Assembly (NCBI GenBank): GCA_963793865.1
Contig: CAWCBP010000001.1
Coordinates: forward strand, 1,184,001-1,248,000
Origin: an uncultured delta proteobacterium
Lineage (GTDB): Bacteria > Desulfobacterota > WTBG01
DNA length: 64,000 bases
Direction of reading: 5' to 3'
Shown one piece after another: positions 44,122-53,065 of the stretch. A model generated the notes under the pieces. That model ran no database searches, was not told the DNA's origin, and saw only the letters and a program-made list of their open reading frames with translations. A program made the position numbers and the translations under genes. How positions within the stretch are numbered: the stretch's first letter is position 1; every line of letters starts with the position of its first letter.

Positions 44122-44286
44122 GTGAAAAACCGCGGTTTGCAATAGTACCCTTCCTCCCGGAAGGCCTGCACGGGTCTGCGCGCTGCAGGATGGGCGGCCC
44201 GGTTAGAGCCGCATCACCGCATCAATGATCACACCCTCTCATCTATCATGCGCAGCGCAGCAAATACCCTTATTTATAAGCATTGC

Positions 44287-44315
44287 TCTATACTGCATGG
44301 CGTCCCCTTTGTCAA
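44287..44315 (-). promoter_or_regulatory. Putative sigma-70 promoter of the cob operon
   Basis: Minus strand TTGACA-N17-TATAGA. Confidence 0.6.
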
Positions 44316-44431
44316 GCGATTTAAAGGCTGGATGCAAGCACTCGGGTAATCCGGGGGTCACCATACTTATTTTATCTCCTTCCGCCTGGGACACTGAGAT
44401 GCTATCTTTTTGGAACGGAATATGTTGATGA

Positions 44432-44650
44432 TTAAGCGGTGGTTGCCTGCAGCTGTGCTGGAATTTTGTTTAAAATAACTTCTTTGAGGTTAATTTTACG
44501 GCTGGCGTTATCAATATCGATTCCGGTAATATTTCCTGTGTCATCATAATCAATGACAACACCTTCAGAAATTTCAACACTCTCCTTACTCGGTTTTGAC
44601 GATAGATCAATATAAAGCGAATCGGTTTCGGGGTAGTAATTCAATTTCAT
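44432..44650 (-). CDS. DUF2283 family protein (putative antitoxin)
   Basis: MKLNYYPETDSLYIDLS...IDYD..GNITGIDI.NAS. Confidence 0.88.
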   Translation of the reverse strand: MKLNYYPETDSLYIDLSSKPSKESVEISEGVVIDYDDTGNITGIDIDNASRKINLKEVILNKIPAQLQATTA

Positions 44651-44889
44651 GGTTCGAACCTCCTGTCCGGGAAGGCATTATGGATGGTCTTTTTATCATC
44701 AAGTGTTATTACTCTTAAAATTCTGCCGCCCAACTCATCAATTCTTCCCCAGAATCGATAACGGTTGTGTTCTTGGCGTTCAACTGTAATCGGATTTTCA
44801 ATAACCATAATGCACCATTCCTTCTTTAAATAGGGGCGTTTCCGCAAGACCTCTTTTTCAAAATATGCTGTGTACTTATATTCTAACAT
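44647..44889 (-). CDS. Small putative RelE/BrnT-like toxin paired with DUF2283
   Basis: 80 aa, LRVITL.D..TIHNAFPDR C-terminus; 4-nt overlap with the DUF2283 gene; AT-rich. Confidence 0.65.
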   Translation of the reverse strand: MLEYKYTAYFEKEVLRKRPYLKKEWCIMVIENPITVERQEHNRYRFWGRIDELGGRILRVITLDDKKTIHNAFPDRRFEP

Positions 44890-45067
44890 GCGTTAATGAT
44901 AACTTAGTTACGTTAATCTGTAAATATGTTCTTTTGGTAAATTGGTTATGCACCTATTCACCACCCCCTTTCTAAAAAGCCCCGGTGTTACCTTGACAAA
45001 GCTAGGCATCTTGTTAATTTCAGATATTCCACCTGCGAACATTAACGCTCAACTTCATGAGATCACT

Positions 45068-45857
45068 ATGACAGAACCGGTCATCCAGGTAAACATACCT
45101 TACCGCATGCTTATTGAAAATCTCGATTTTGTGCTCGAGAAAGGGATCAATCCGGAAATTTACTTCAGCGGTGAGGCGCTGGACACCTGCCGGGAAGAAG
45201 ATATGCGCAGGGCGGCCGGGGCGCTGCGCTCCCGCGGCCTGAGCACAACTGTTCACGCCCCCTTCATGGATCTCAGCCCGGGCGGGGCGGATACCAAAAT
45301 CAAGTCAGCGACGGTTGAGCGGCTGCATCAGACCCTGACGGCCGCCGCCTTTTTTTCACCCCGGATGATTACCTTTCACCCCGGGTACAACAAGTGGTAT
45401 TTCGACGGCAACATCCCCTTCTGGCTGGAAAGCAGCCTTCACACATGGCGGCCCGTCGTTGAACGGGCGGAACAGCTGGACATGCATCTCGCGCTGGAAA
45501 ATGTCTTTGAAGAGGAGCCTTCGGGACTGAAGCGGCTGCTTGATGAAATAGGATCACCACGCCTCGGGTTCTGCTTCGACATCGGCCACTTCAACCTTTT
45601 CTCCACCGCTTCCATGGAGGACTGGTTCACCGGCCTGGGGGCACACATGCGCGAGGTTCACCTGCACGACAACCGCAAGACGGCTGATGATCACCTGCCG
45701 GTGGGGGACGGGGAGATCGATTTTGATCTCTTCATAGCGTCTCGTACATGACTACCGGGTGTCACTGATCTATACGGTTGAACCTCACCGGGTGGAGGAC
45801 CTGGATAGAAGCATTGAGGGATGCAAACGGATGCTGGCAGGAAAATCTCGGGAGTAA
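45068..45857 (+). CDS. Sugar phosphate isomerase/epimerase (AP endonuclease 2 TIM barrel; +1 frameshift near 45735)
   Basis: PEIYF, VHAPFMDL, FHPG, LENVFE, FDIGH, HLHDN..DDHLPVGDG; the C-terminal IYTVEPH continues in the +1 frame to TAA 45857. Confidence 0.8.
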
Positions 45858-46055
45858 GTCAGCCGCGGTCTGCAGACGGGAGGTAAAAAAACCATTGATT
45901 GTATCTCGTTGCCGCGTTGCTATAGCTCCTCTTCAACCTCGAGTTTCATCATCCGGTTCATGACGAACACGGCTTCTGATTCAGGAACCGCAGTTCAGTC
46001 AAGGGCACGGTTTTTTCAGGGCAGGATTGCCGGTTTCGGCTTCCGGCACCGCCCA

Positions 46056-46235
46056 TCAGTTTTGCTTGACGGCTTCGTCGCACTTTAATAAATCGTCAAT
46101 CTTTTCCTTGTCAAACCTCCATCGGCTTCCGATCTTGAAGCCGGGAATCTTGCCTTCATTGGCATACTTGTAGATGGTTACCTCGGTAAGCTTCAGATAT
46201 TCAGCCAATTCCTTGGTAGTCAGTATTTTACTCAC
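46056..46235 (-). CDS. Small helix-turn-helix protein (HTH_17 / excisionase-like)
   Basis: ILTTKELAEYLKL...TIYK.A.EGKIPGFKIG..WRF; GGAGG RBS before GTG. Confidence 0.88.
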   Translation of the reverse strand: MSKILTTKELAEYLKLTEVTIYKYANEGKIPGFKIGSRWRFDKEKIDDLLKCDEAVKQN

Positions 46236-46393
46236 AAGAGCCTCCCTGAATAAAAACAGTGCATGCTTATCTACTCGGGTCAAGATTCATTAATCCTGCG
46301 CAATATAAATATCTTTTCGGCAACGCCTATAAAAACTTGAGAAAAACCATAAAAAACTTACTACCACGATTGCACCTCCGCCGCATGACCAGG

Positions 46394-46431
46394 AAAAAAC
46401 CCGGTTTCCGCACTGAACAGGAAACCGGGTT
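46394..46431 (-). terminator. Intrinsic terminator downstream of the HEAT-repeat gene
   Basis: AACCCGGTTTCC/GGAAACCGGGTT 12-bp stem with a T-run on the minus strand. Confidence 0.7.
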
Positions 46432-46502
46432 CACTCTGCTGTAAGTTATTTAAATTACGGTATAAAATTAAGGTATGCTCAGGCGGCGATTACACGCAAG
46501 GA

Positions 46503-47180
46503 TTACATTTTGTTTTCCGTTTTCCACCAGGCTTTCCATTGCTCCACTATGTCCTGCTGAACGGCTTCAGAAGAATCTTTAACCGATTGGATTGATTTGT
46601 CGGTTATCCTTTTCAACGCGGCCAGCGCCCCTTTCACCACCTCCTTGTCCCTGTCATCCAGGGATTTGATCAGGTAGGGCACTGATGAGGCATCCTTGAT
46701 ATCCGCCAGCGCGTATGTTGCCACCTTTCTCACCAGCGCGGAGGTATCCGCAAGCGCTCCCGCGATATAGGGAACCAGATCTTTTTTCCTCATCCAGCCG
46801 AGATAGATGAGCGCCCTTCTTCTCACATCCGGGTGCTGGTCCTGCAGCGCCCTGATAAGCTGGTCAGGCACCATGTCACCGCCGCATTTATACAGCCCCC
46901 TCAGCGCACCCAAACGCACCCGGAAGCTTTCGTCTCCCAGGGCCCTGACAAAGGCGTCACCAAGAGAGCGGTCGCCGATTTTGAGCAATGATTCTATCGC
47001 CTCAATCCGCACCTTCTCGCTTCTGTGGCTGAGCATGCCGATGATGGCATTGGGAGCAGCCTGCGCTCCATACCCCGCCGGTCCCCTGCTTGCAGAAGCA
47101 GGTTCGTGAGCCGCGTTACCCGCCCCGTCTTCGGGCCGGTTGTCAATGACACCTGCCTCGTTGTTCTCCCTATCCTGCAT
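46503..47180 (-). CDS. HEAT/PBS-lyase repeat protein
   Basis: Repeated L.D....VR..A...L units; C-terminal LKRIT...WKAWW. Confidence 0.85.
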   Translation of the reverse strand: MQDRENNEAGVIDNRPEDGAGNAAHEPASASRGPAGYGAQAAPNAIIGMLSHRSEKVRIEAIESLLKIGDRSLGDAFVRALGDESFRVRLGALRGLYKCGGDMVPDQLIRALQDQHPDVRRRALIYLGWMRKKDLVPYIAGALADTSALVRKVATYALADIKDASSVPYLIKSLDDRDKEVVKGALAALKRITDKSIQSVKDSSEAVQQDIVEQWKAWWKTENKM

Positions 47181-47228
47181 ACTCTTTCTACCCTTTCCCG
47201 TTATAGCCTATGACATCTGACCGGTCTT

Positions 47229-48569
47229 TTACTCCTCAGACAGTTCAAAGCGGCCCCCGGTGGTTTGTCCATCACTGTCGGCAAGGGCTCCGCTGATGCT
47301 CTCAATGGCTTCTTTGAGCTGATGTACTTCCTCCTCCAGCTCTTCCTTCTGCGCGACGGTGCGCTCCAGGGCATCGTTTAATTCCTGGATTTTCTCCAGG
47401 GCCTCGGTCCGCTCGTCCTCAACCGTCTTAAGCTCCATCTTCATTTCTTCCATGATGGCAAGTTGTGCCTTTAAATCATCAACAACGGCCGCACTGTCCT
47501 CCTTTTCCTTCCTGGTGCGATCCAGTGATACCAGGGCGGATTCAAGATCAGCCTGCAGGGACTCCTTGAGGGCCTTCTCGGAATCGATTTCCGCTTCCAT
47601 GCTTTCTATCCGCTTTTCCGCGTCATCCCGCAGCTTTATTTCTTCCTGCAGCCGCTCATTGAGTGCTTCAAAATCTTTCACCTCTTCCTCTAAATCCCCA
47701 ATGCGCTTCCGGTACTCATCGCACAAATTCTTCTCGTTTTCCAGATCTTTAAGAATGCTTTTTAAATCCATTTCCAAAGCATCCTTGAGCGAGGCGCTGG
47801 TCTGCAGGCTTGCCTCCAGATCGCTCAGCCTCTCCTGGGTTTCCGCCTGTTCTTTTTTGGTACGGGCGAGATCCCTCTTGACCATTTCCAGGGATTCAAC
47901 TTTTTCTTCCAGCAGCCCCGCATGGTTTTTCAGGTCGGTAATGACATGGTCGCGTTCTTCCAGTGTTTTCAATATAGTCTTCAATTCTCTCTCAAGCGAT
48001 TCTTTAGCACCGGTAATGTCCTGCAATCTGGATTCGGCAATCTTCAGTTTGTTCAGATCATCCTGGTGGGACTTATCGTTCCAGGCTATTTTGTCCTCCA
48101 GGAACCTGATTTTGCCTTTCAAATCCTCCTGTGCCTCCATGGTGTTGAGCAGCGTGTCCTTGGTTGTCGCCAGCTCAGATTCCAGGCTTCGCCGCTGCTC
48201 GTCAAGTGAGGTGATCTGCCCTTGCAGAGATTTTATCTGTTCAAAGGCGTCGGCCTTTTCCTCTTCACTGTACTTAAACTCGGATTTTACCCCCTGCAGG
48301 GCGCCTTTCAGGCCGTTGACTTCATCAAGCAGTTTTTTTCGCCCTTCCCGCAGTTCCGCCAGTTGCGCATTGGCATTTTTCAGATCGATGGCCAGCTTGT
48401 TGCGCTCCCTGGTGACCATTTCCAGCTGCGACTCGAATTTCTGAATCCTGGTCAAGGTGTTGCTTTTGAAGTCATTGATCCAGCCGAGCGTCTTCCCGCG
48501 CCTGTTTTTATCCGAGCCGGCCGGATCACCCTGCGAGAGATCTTTCCTGGGATTGGCGTCTTCCATCAC
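47229..48569 (-). CDS. Long coiled-coil protein with 73-aa tandem repeats
   Basis: Continuous heptads over ~390 aa, E/K/L rich, no ATPase motif; AGAGGAG RBS. Confidence 0.85.
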   Translation of the reverse strand: MMEDANPRKDLSQGDPAGSDKNRRGKTLGWINDFKSNTLTRIQKFESQLEMVTRERNKLAIDLKNANAQLAELREGRKKLLDEVNGLKGALQGVKSEFKYSEEEKADAFEQIKSLQGQITSLDEQRRSLESELATTKDTLLNTMEAQEDLKGKIRFLEDKIAWNDKSHQDDLNKLKIAESRLQDITGAKESLERELKTILKTLEERDHVITDLKNHAGLLEEKVESLEMVKRDLARTKKEQAETQERLSDLEASLQTSASLKDALEMDLKSILKDLENEKNLCDEYRKRIGDLEEEVKDFEALNERLQEEIKLRDDAEKRIESMEAEIDSEKALKESLQADLESALVSLDRTRKEKEDSAAVVDDLKAQLAIMEEMKMELKTVEDERTEALEKIQELNDALERTVAQKEELEEEVHQLKEAIESISGALADSDGQTTGGRFELSEE

Positions 48570-48738
48570 GTTCTCCTCTTAAATAAAAATTTGAAAAATG
48601 CGAAGCGAGTGTCAAGACCGGCAGCGTGTTGCGTAATATGCCGGGAAAATGAGATGCGCGCCCAGTACCGCGACACGAAAACCACCTTTGCGGCACACTA
48701 TATACTGACTTATTAATTTTTACAAATATTTTCTCTGG

Positions 48739-48837
48739 CAGGTTGTTGAAAAAGTAGTTTTCCTCAGGTTGTTCAAAGGCTCAAGGGGGAGGGGCTTTTT
48801 AGAGCCACAAATCAGATGGGTGTTTTTTAACAGCTTG
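48739..48837. mobile_element. Chimeric MITE-like element
   Basis: Ends match the 21069-21221 element; its centre is replaced by GGCTCAAGGGGGAGGGGCTTTTTAGAGCCACAA, the terminal unit of 52770-52990. Confidence 0.65.
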
Positions 48838-49034
48838 CTAAAATCATGCGCCTTGCCCCTCACCCTCTCACCGGGTCATATTCATAACCAAATGTCACTT
48901 TACAACCGCCCGTTCAAATGGTACAGTCTCATCTCATTCAAAAGACGTGCGTAATATGGTTCAAGCCCGGTCATCCCTCATGATCAGCGACACATGCTTC
49001 CTCCATCACACCTGTTTTTCTTCAAGCTCCTGCC

Positions 49035-50027
49035 ATGATTAATCTGCGTCCGCTCGGCACCCTCGGCGTTACTGTTTCAGAAATTGCATTCGGCGGCGCC
49101 GCCATCAGCGGTGAAGGCCGCGGCTACGGCTTCGGCCGCATCGGAGAGGAAGAGGCCCTGAAGCTGCTGGCGGCATGTTTCGACCGGGGCATCAATCTTT
49201 ATGACACCGCACCGGTTTACGGGTTCGGACTTTCTGAAAAAAGAATCGGCAGGGCCTTCCGGGGAATGCGGGACCGCGTCCTGATTGCCACAAAAGGCGG
49301 CATCGTCTGGGATGACCGGAAAAGAATAAAGATTGACAATCACCCCCAAGTGATGCAAAAAATGCTTGAGCAGTCCCTCAAAGATCTGGAAACAGGGTAT
49401 GTTGATCTGTACCTGATCCACTGGCCCGACAAAAACACGGACATCAGGAAACCCATGGAGTACCTCAGCCGGGCAAAGGAGGAGGGGAAAATCAGGGCCA
49501 TAGGTCTGTGCAACTCGAGCCGCGAGGACATTCACAAGGCAGCTCAAATCGATACCGTCGACGTGCTGCAGAGCGAGTTTAATCTTTTCAACGCTTCTGC
49601 TTTTAGTGACCTCCGCGAAATCCTCGGAAACAAAAAGACCGGTTTCCTGAGCTGGGGCACCCTGGACAAGGGGATCCTGACCGGGCGCGTCACGCCTGAG
49701 CGGACCTTTGATGACGCCGACGCCCGCTCCCGGGCTCCCTGGTGGAAGCATGAGGACCGGACCCCCAAGTACCTGGCCATGGAGAAAATAGGCGCCCTTC
49801 TGGGCGATGCCGGCCACTCACCCCTGGAATTGGCACTGGGGTTCGTGTTACAGTATAGCGAGGTAAGCGCAGCCCTCTGCGGGATAAGAAACATCGGACA
49901 GCTGACGACCGCGATCGAGGCTCTCAGCCATCTTCCTCCAAAAGAGATACTCGACGAGGCGAAAGCGAGCGCCGATGAAACATTGCAAAGCTGCGCGCAG
50001 GACAAGAAAACAGCCGGCGGGAATTGA
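49035..50027 (+). CDS. Aldo/keto reductase
   Basis: YDTAPVYGFG.SE, IATKGG, DLYLIHWPD, GKIRAIGLCN. Confidence 0.92.
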   Translation: MINLRPLGTLGVTVSEIAFGGAAISGEGRGYGFGRIGEEEALKLLAACFDRGINLYDTAPVYGFGLSEKRIGRAFRGMRDRVLIATKGGIVWDDRKRIKIDNHPQVMQKMLEQSLKDLETGYVDLYLIHWPDKNTDIRKPMEYLSRAKEEGKIRAIGLCNSSREDIHKAAQIDTVDVLQSEFNLFNASAFSDLREILGNKKTGFLSWGTLDKGILTGRVTPERTFDDADARSRAPWWKHEDRTPKYLAMEKIGALLGDAGHSPLELALGFVLQYSEVSAALCGIRNIGQLTTAIEALSHLPPKEILDEAKASADETLQSCAQDKKTAGGN

Positions 50028-50079
50028 ACGTGTGTATCCAGAACAGCCTGCATTGAACCCCCTTCTCCAGGGTGAACTC

Positions 50080-50616
50080 ATGAAAAAACGGGTACGCTGC
50101 AACGGATCAAAACTTTTCGCCCTCTGCCTCCTCTCGATGCTCGCATTTTTTTATGCGGCTGCCGACCGGGCATGGGCGGAAAAACGGCAGCCGGTCGTGA
50201 GCCCTGACGGCTTTTGCCTGAAAAGTACGGAGGGTGAGTACGTCTCGCTCAAGGATTTCAAGGACAAGAAAGTAGTCCATCTGGTGTTCTGGGCCACCTG
50301 GTGCCCCCATTGCCTCATCGAGATGACTAAAATCAGGGATCTGCACAAGAGCATGGACTGCGCCCGCTACGAGCTGCTGGCCATCGACGTCGGAGTCAAC
50401 GACACCCTGCCGCGCATCAAAAAAATACAGAGCCAGTATCAGATTCCCGGTACAATACTGATTGACGGGTCCGGCGAGGTAACCAGAAAATACGGCATTA
50501 TCGGCGTGCCCTACCACATCATCATCGGCACGGATGGAAGCATTCTCGATCGCTTCAACGAACTTCCCGCGGACTATCTGAACTATTTCAAAAGGTTCTT
50601 CCCCCCCGAAAGCTGA
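50080..50616 (+). CDS. TlpA-like thiol-disulfide reductase (paralog of 12551-13069)
   Basis: Signal peptide; FWATWCPHC; YGIIGVP. Confidence 0.87.
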   Translation: MKKRVRCNGSKLFALCLLSMLAFFYAAADRAWAEKRQPVVSPDGFCLKSTEGEYVSLKDFKDKKVVHLVFWATWCPHCLIEMTKIRDLHKSMDCARYELLAIDVGVNDTLPRIKKIQSQYQIPGTILIDGSGEVTRKYGIIGVPYHIIIGTDGSILDRFNELPADYLNYFKRFFPPES

Positions 50617-50652
50617 ACAATTTGAACATTACCGCCATTGGAGGAGATGCAC

Positions 50653-51459
50653 ATGACAGAAGGTCGAAACCGATTTTCCGGCAGGCATGTTATTATAACC
50701 GGAGCGGGCAGCGGCATAGGCCGAGGTGTTGCTCATCGCTTTGCATCCGAGGGCGCGCGGGTTGTCGTCGCCGACATTGACGGGGAAGGAGGCAAAGCGG
50801 TGGCCCGGGAGCTGACGGACAAGGGCGCTGAAGCCGTCTACCTTCCGGTGGATGTTACAAGCGAAGACTCCATCAAGGGGCTGATCGTTGAAGCCGTGAA
50901 ACGCTTTGGACCCGTGCATGTTGCGGTTTCCAACGCGGGCATCTCGGAGACACAGTCCTCCGCCCTGGAAATTTCTTCTGATCAGTGGGATAAGGTTTTT
51001 GCGGTGAATACCAGGGGATCATTCATGTTTTGCCGGGCGAGCGCCAATAATATGATGGAAAACGACATCAAGGGTTCCATGGTAACCGTATCATCCATCA
51101 TGGGGCGAGGCGCAAAAAATATGACCGGTGCCTACGCCGCTTCAAAGGCCGCGGTCATCATGTTCACCAAATCCCTGGCAAAGGCACTGGCCCCGATGGG
51201 TATCAGGGTGAACTGTATTGCGCCGGGGATGGTCAAAACCAACCTCTACCGGCCGGTTGAAAACGAGATGATGATGGAACGGGACAGCTTTGTACCCTGG
51301 ATTATTGAGCAATGTGTGTCAAGCGGGCAGCTGCTCATCGGCCGTGAGGGAACACCTGAGGATATGGCCGCCGCGGTGGCCTTTCTCGCATCGGACGATG
51401 CCTCGTACATAACCGCACAGGTGCTCTGCGTGGACGGCGGCATGGACTGGTGCTGGTAA
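50653..51459 (+). CDS. Short-chain dehydrogenase/reductase
   Basis: TGAGSGIG, NAG, YAASK, VNCIAPG, VDGG. Confidence 0.93.
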   Translation: MTEGRNRFSGRHVIITGAGSGIGRGVAHRFASEGARVVVADIDGEGGKAVARELTDKGAEAVYLPVDVTSEDSIKGLIVEAVKRFGPVHVAVSNAGISETQSSALEISSDQWDKVFAVNTRGSFMFCRASANNMMENDIKGSMVTVSSIMGRGAKNMTGAYAASKAAVIMFTKSLAKALAPMGIRVNCIAPGMVKTNLYRPVENEMMMERDSFVPWIIEQCVSSGQLLIGREGTPEDMAAAVAFLASDDASYITAQVLCVDGGMDWCW

Positions 51460-52716
51460 TCACCGGTACACGGGCACAAAAATATTTTTTGCCCGTCGCG
51501 CGGCGACGGCGGATTCATAAAAGGCATACTTTCGTACCGCCTGTATCAGCTTCATCAGGCTTATGCCCCTGATGGTGCCCCCCGGGCGGTTTTCCAGCAT
51601 TTCGGCGGTTGTCTCATCAATGCTGAAGCTGCCTGTTTCCAGGTACCGGGCATAACCGGCGGCATCCATCCGAAACACGCCTGCCTCCAGCAGCGAGGCC
51701 AGCAGCTCCCCTCCCCCGTCCCCGGCCTCCCTGGTTTCAATGAAATTATTTTTCTCCATTCCATGGAGGATGGCATCAACTTCCCTGCTCCGGCAGGTGA
51801 CATCGTTCCAGCCCCACTCTTCTGACATGGTCTTGCCGAAGGTAACGTCAGACAGCCGTGCGGTGTATGACGGGTAGCAGAGCAGGCATCCCAGATTGAG
51901 AGCGGAAAAGTTCCGGTTCGCGTCAGGCACCCGTTTAACCGTACCGTCCAGAAGCTCCACCGACGGATTACCATGATCGTAAAACCACCTTTTAAGATCT
52001 GATTCCTTAAGATTCATCCCGGCCAGCAGCAGGTCCACCCCGCGGGGGCTGTTGCTGAAGAAGCAGGTCAGGCCCACCAGGAACCGTATGTTGCCGACCA
52101 GCTCGCGGCACCGCCTGCCCGCTGGAGAATCCTCAAGCGCTACAAACTGGGCCTTGCGCAGTGCCTCAATGTGACAGGCATTGCCCACGACCGCAACCCG
52201 TTCACCTGCAACCGGAAGCCGGGACAAAAGGGGATTTACCGTCGGCTTGGTAAAAGCGCATTCCAGCGCATCCTGCGCATCCTCGGCCACCCTCGGCTTG
52301 GGATGCGCGCAATAGGGCAGGTCATGCATTTTGTCCGTCAAAAGGGCCGCATCGATCAGCTTCCGCTCAAACAGGTGCCGTATAAAGGCGGTGGTTGTGC
52401 CGCCGCTGTAGCCGGCTTCGCGCACCTTCGCGTCAGCGGCGCGCGCTAAAAATATCCGGGTGAAGCACCCCAGGAGCTCATCGTGGTTAATTGCCCCGTT
52501 TCTTTCCGCCAGGCTTTTTTCGATGGCACTGTAGGGCATTTCCACGCGGGGGCATACCTCGTAGCATATCTCGCAGCCGCTGCAGCTGTCTGAAATGACC
52601 GGACGGTATCCCTCCTCAATCGTAATTGCATCCACCGGACAGGCCGCGGCACACATCCCGCACCCGCTGCACGCTTTCGTTTCGACGACCGTCGCTATGG
52701 TATTCATGGCATTCAT
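51460..52716 (-). CDS. FrhB/FdhB-like (F420 hydrogenase/dehydrogenase beta subunit family) protein with 2x[4Fe-4S] N-terminus
   Basis: CSGCGMCAAACP and CSGCEICYEVCP; SGGTTT; VGNACHI.ALRK; GLTC; C..C....SDVTFG. Confidence 0.8.
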   Translation of the reverse strand: MNAMNTIATVVETKACSGCGMCAAACPVDAITIEEGYRPVISDSCSGCEICYEVCPRVEMPYSAIEKSLAERNGAINHDELLGCFTRIFLARAADAKVREAGYSGGTTTAFIRHLFERKLIDAALLTDKMHDLPYCAHPKPRVAEDAQDALECAFTKPTVNPLLSRLPVAGERVAVVGNACHIEALRKAQFVALEDSPAGRRCRELVGNIRFLVGLTCFFSNSPRGVDLLLAGMNLKESDLKRWFYDHGNPSVELLDGTVKRVPDANRNFSALNLGCLLCYPSYTARLSDVTFGKTMSEEWGWNDVTCRSREVDAILHGMEKNNFIETREAGDGGGELLASLLEAGVFRMDAAGYARYLETGSFSIDETTAEMLENRPGGTIRGISLMKLIQAVRKYAFYESAVAARRAKNIFVPVYR

Positions 52717-52769
52717 CCCTTTACCGGTTTGGGGCTATTGTAGTGCGTCATTGTTTTCTTTATTTATAT

Positions 52770-52990
52770 GTGGCTAAAGGGGGAGGGGCTTTTGACGCCA
52801 CAACAATTTGTCTTTAGGCTTACGGCACGACCCGGTGCCTTACGACTTAAACCGCAGACAGGCAGCTTTGCGGAGACTTCGATACGGCTGTTACCATGCG
52901 GGTCTGTCGGACAAAGTTAGAGAGATGCTGCCGTTCTACAGGTTCCGAATAATTTTGTTGTGGCTAAAAAGCCCCTCCCCTTTGAGCCAC
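52770..52990. mobile_element. Non-coding element with ~38-bp imperfect terminal inverted repeats
   Basis: GTGGCTAAAGGGGGAGGGGCTTTTGACGCCACAACAA ... TTGTTGTGGCTAAAAAGCCCCTCCCCTTTGAGCCAC. Confidence 0.6.
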
Positions 52991-53065
52991 TGAACCTCTT
53001 CTACAGCATGGCATTCGAAACGCACAGGAGCCTTTTATAAGTAAAGATGTGCTGGACGCACTACA

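Noticed and set aside
45068..45857. Cobamide-remodelling enzyme CbiR (same AP endonuclease 2 superfamily, near cob genes)
   Set aside because: It is transcribed divergently, separated by a TA pair, and its motifs look like the generic sugar-phosphate isomerase family; no specific support.
46056..46235. Prophage or ICE excisionase marking a mobile element
   Set aside because: No integrase, att site or phage genes adjacent; stand-alone HTH_17 proteins are common.
47229..48569. SMC/Rad50 or Wadjet-type defence ATPase
   Set aside because: No Walker A/B, signature or hinge motifs; it is a pure coiled coil.
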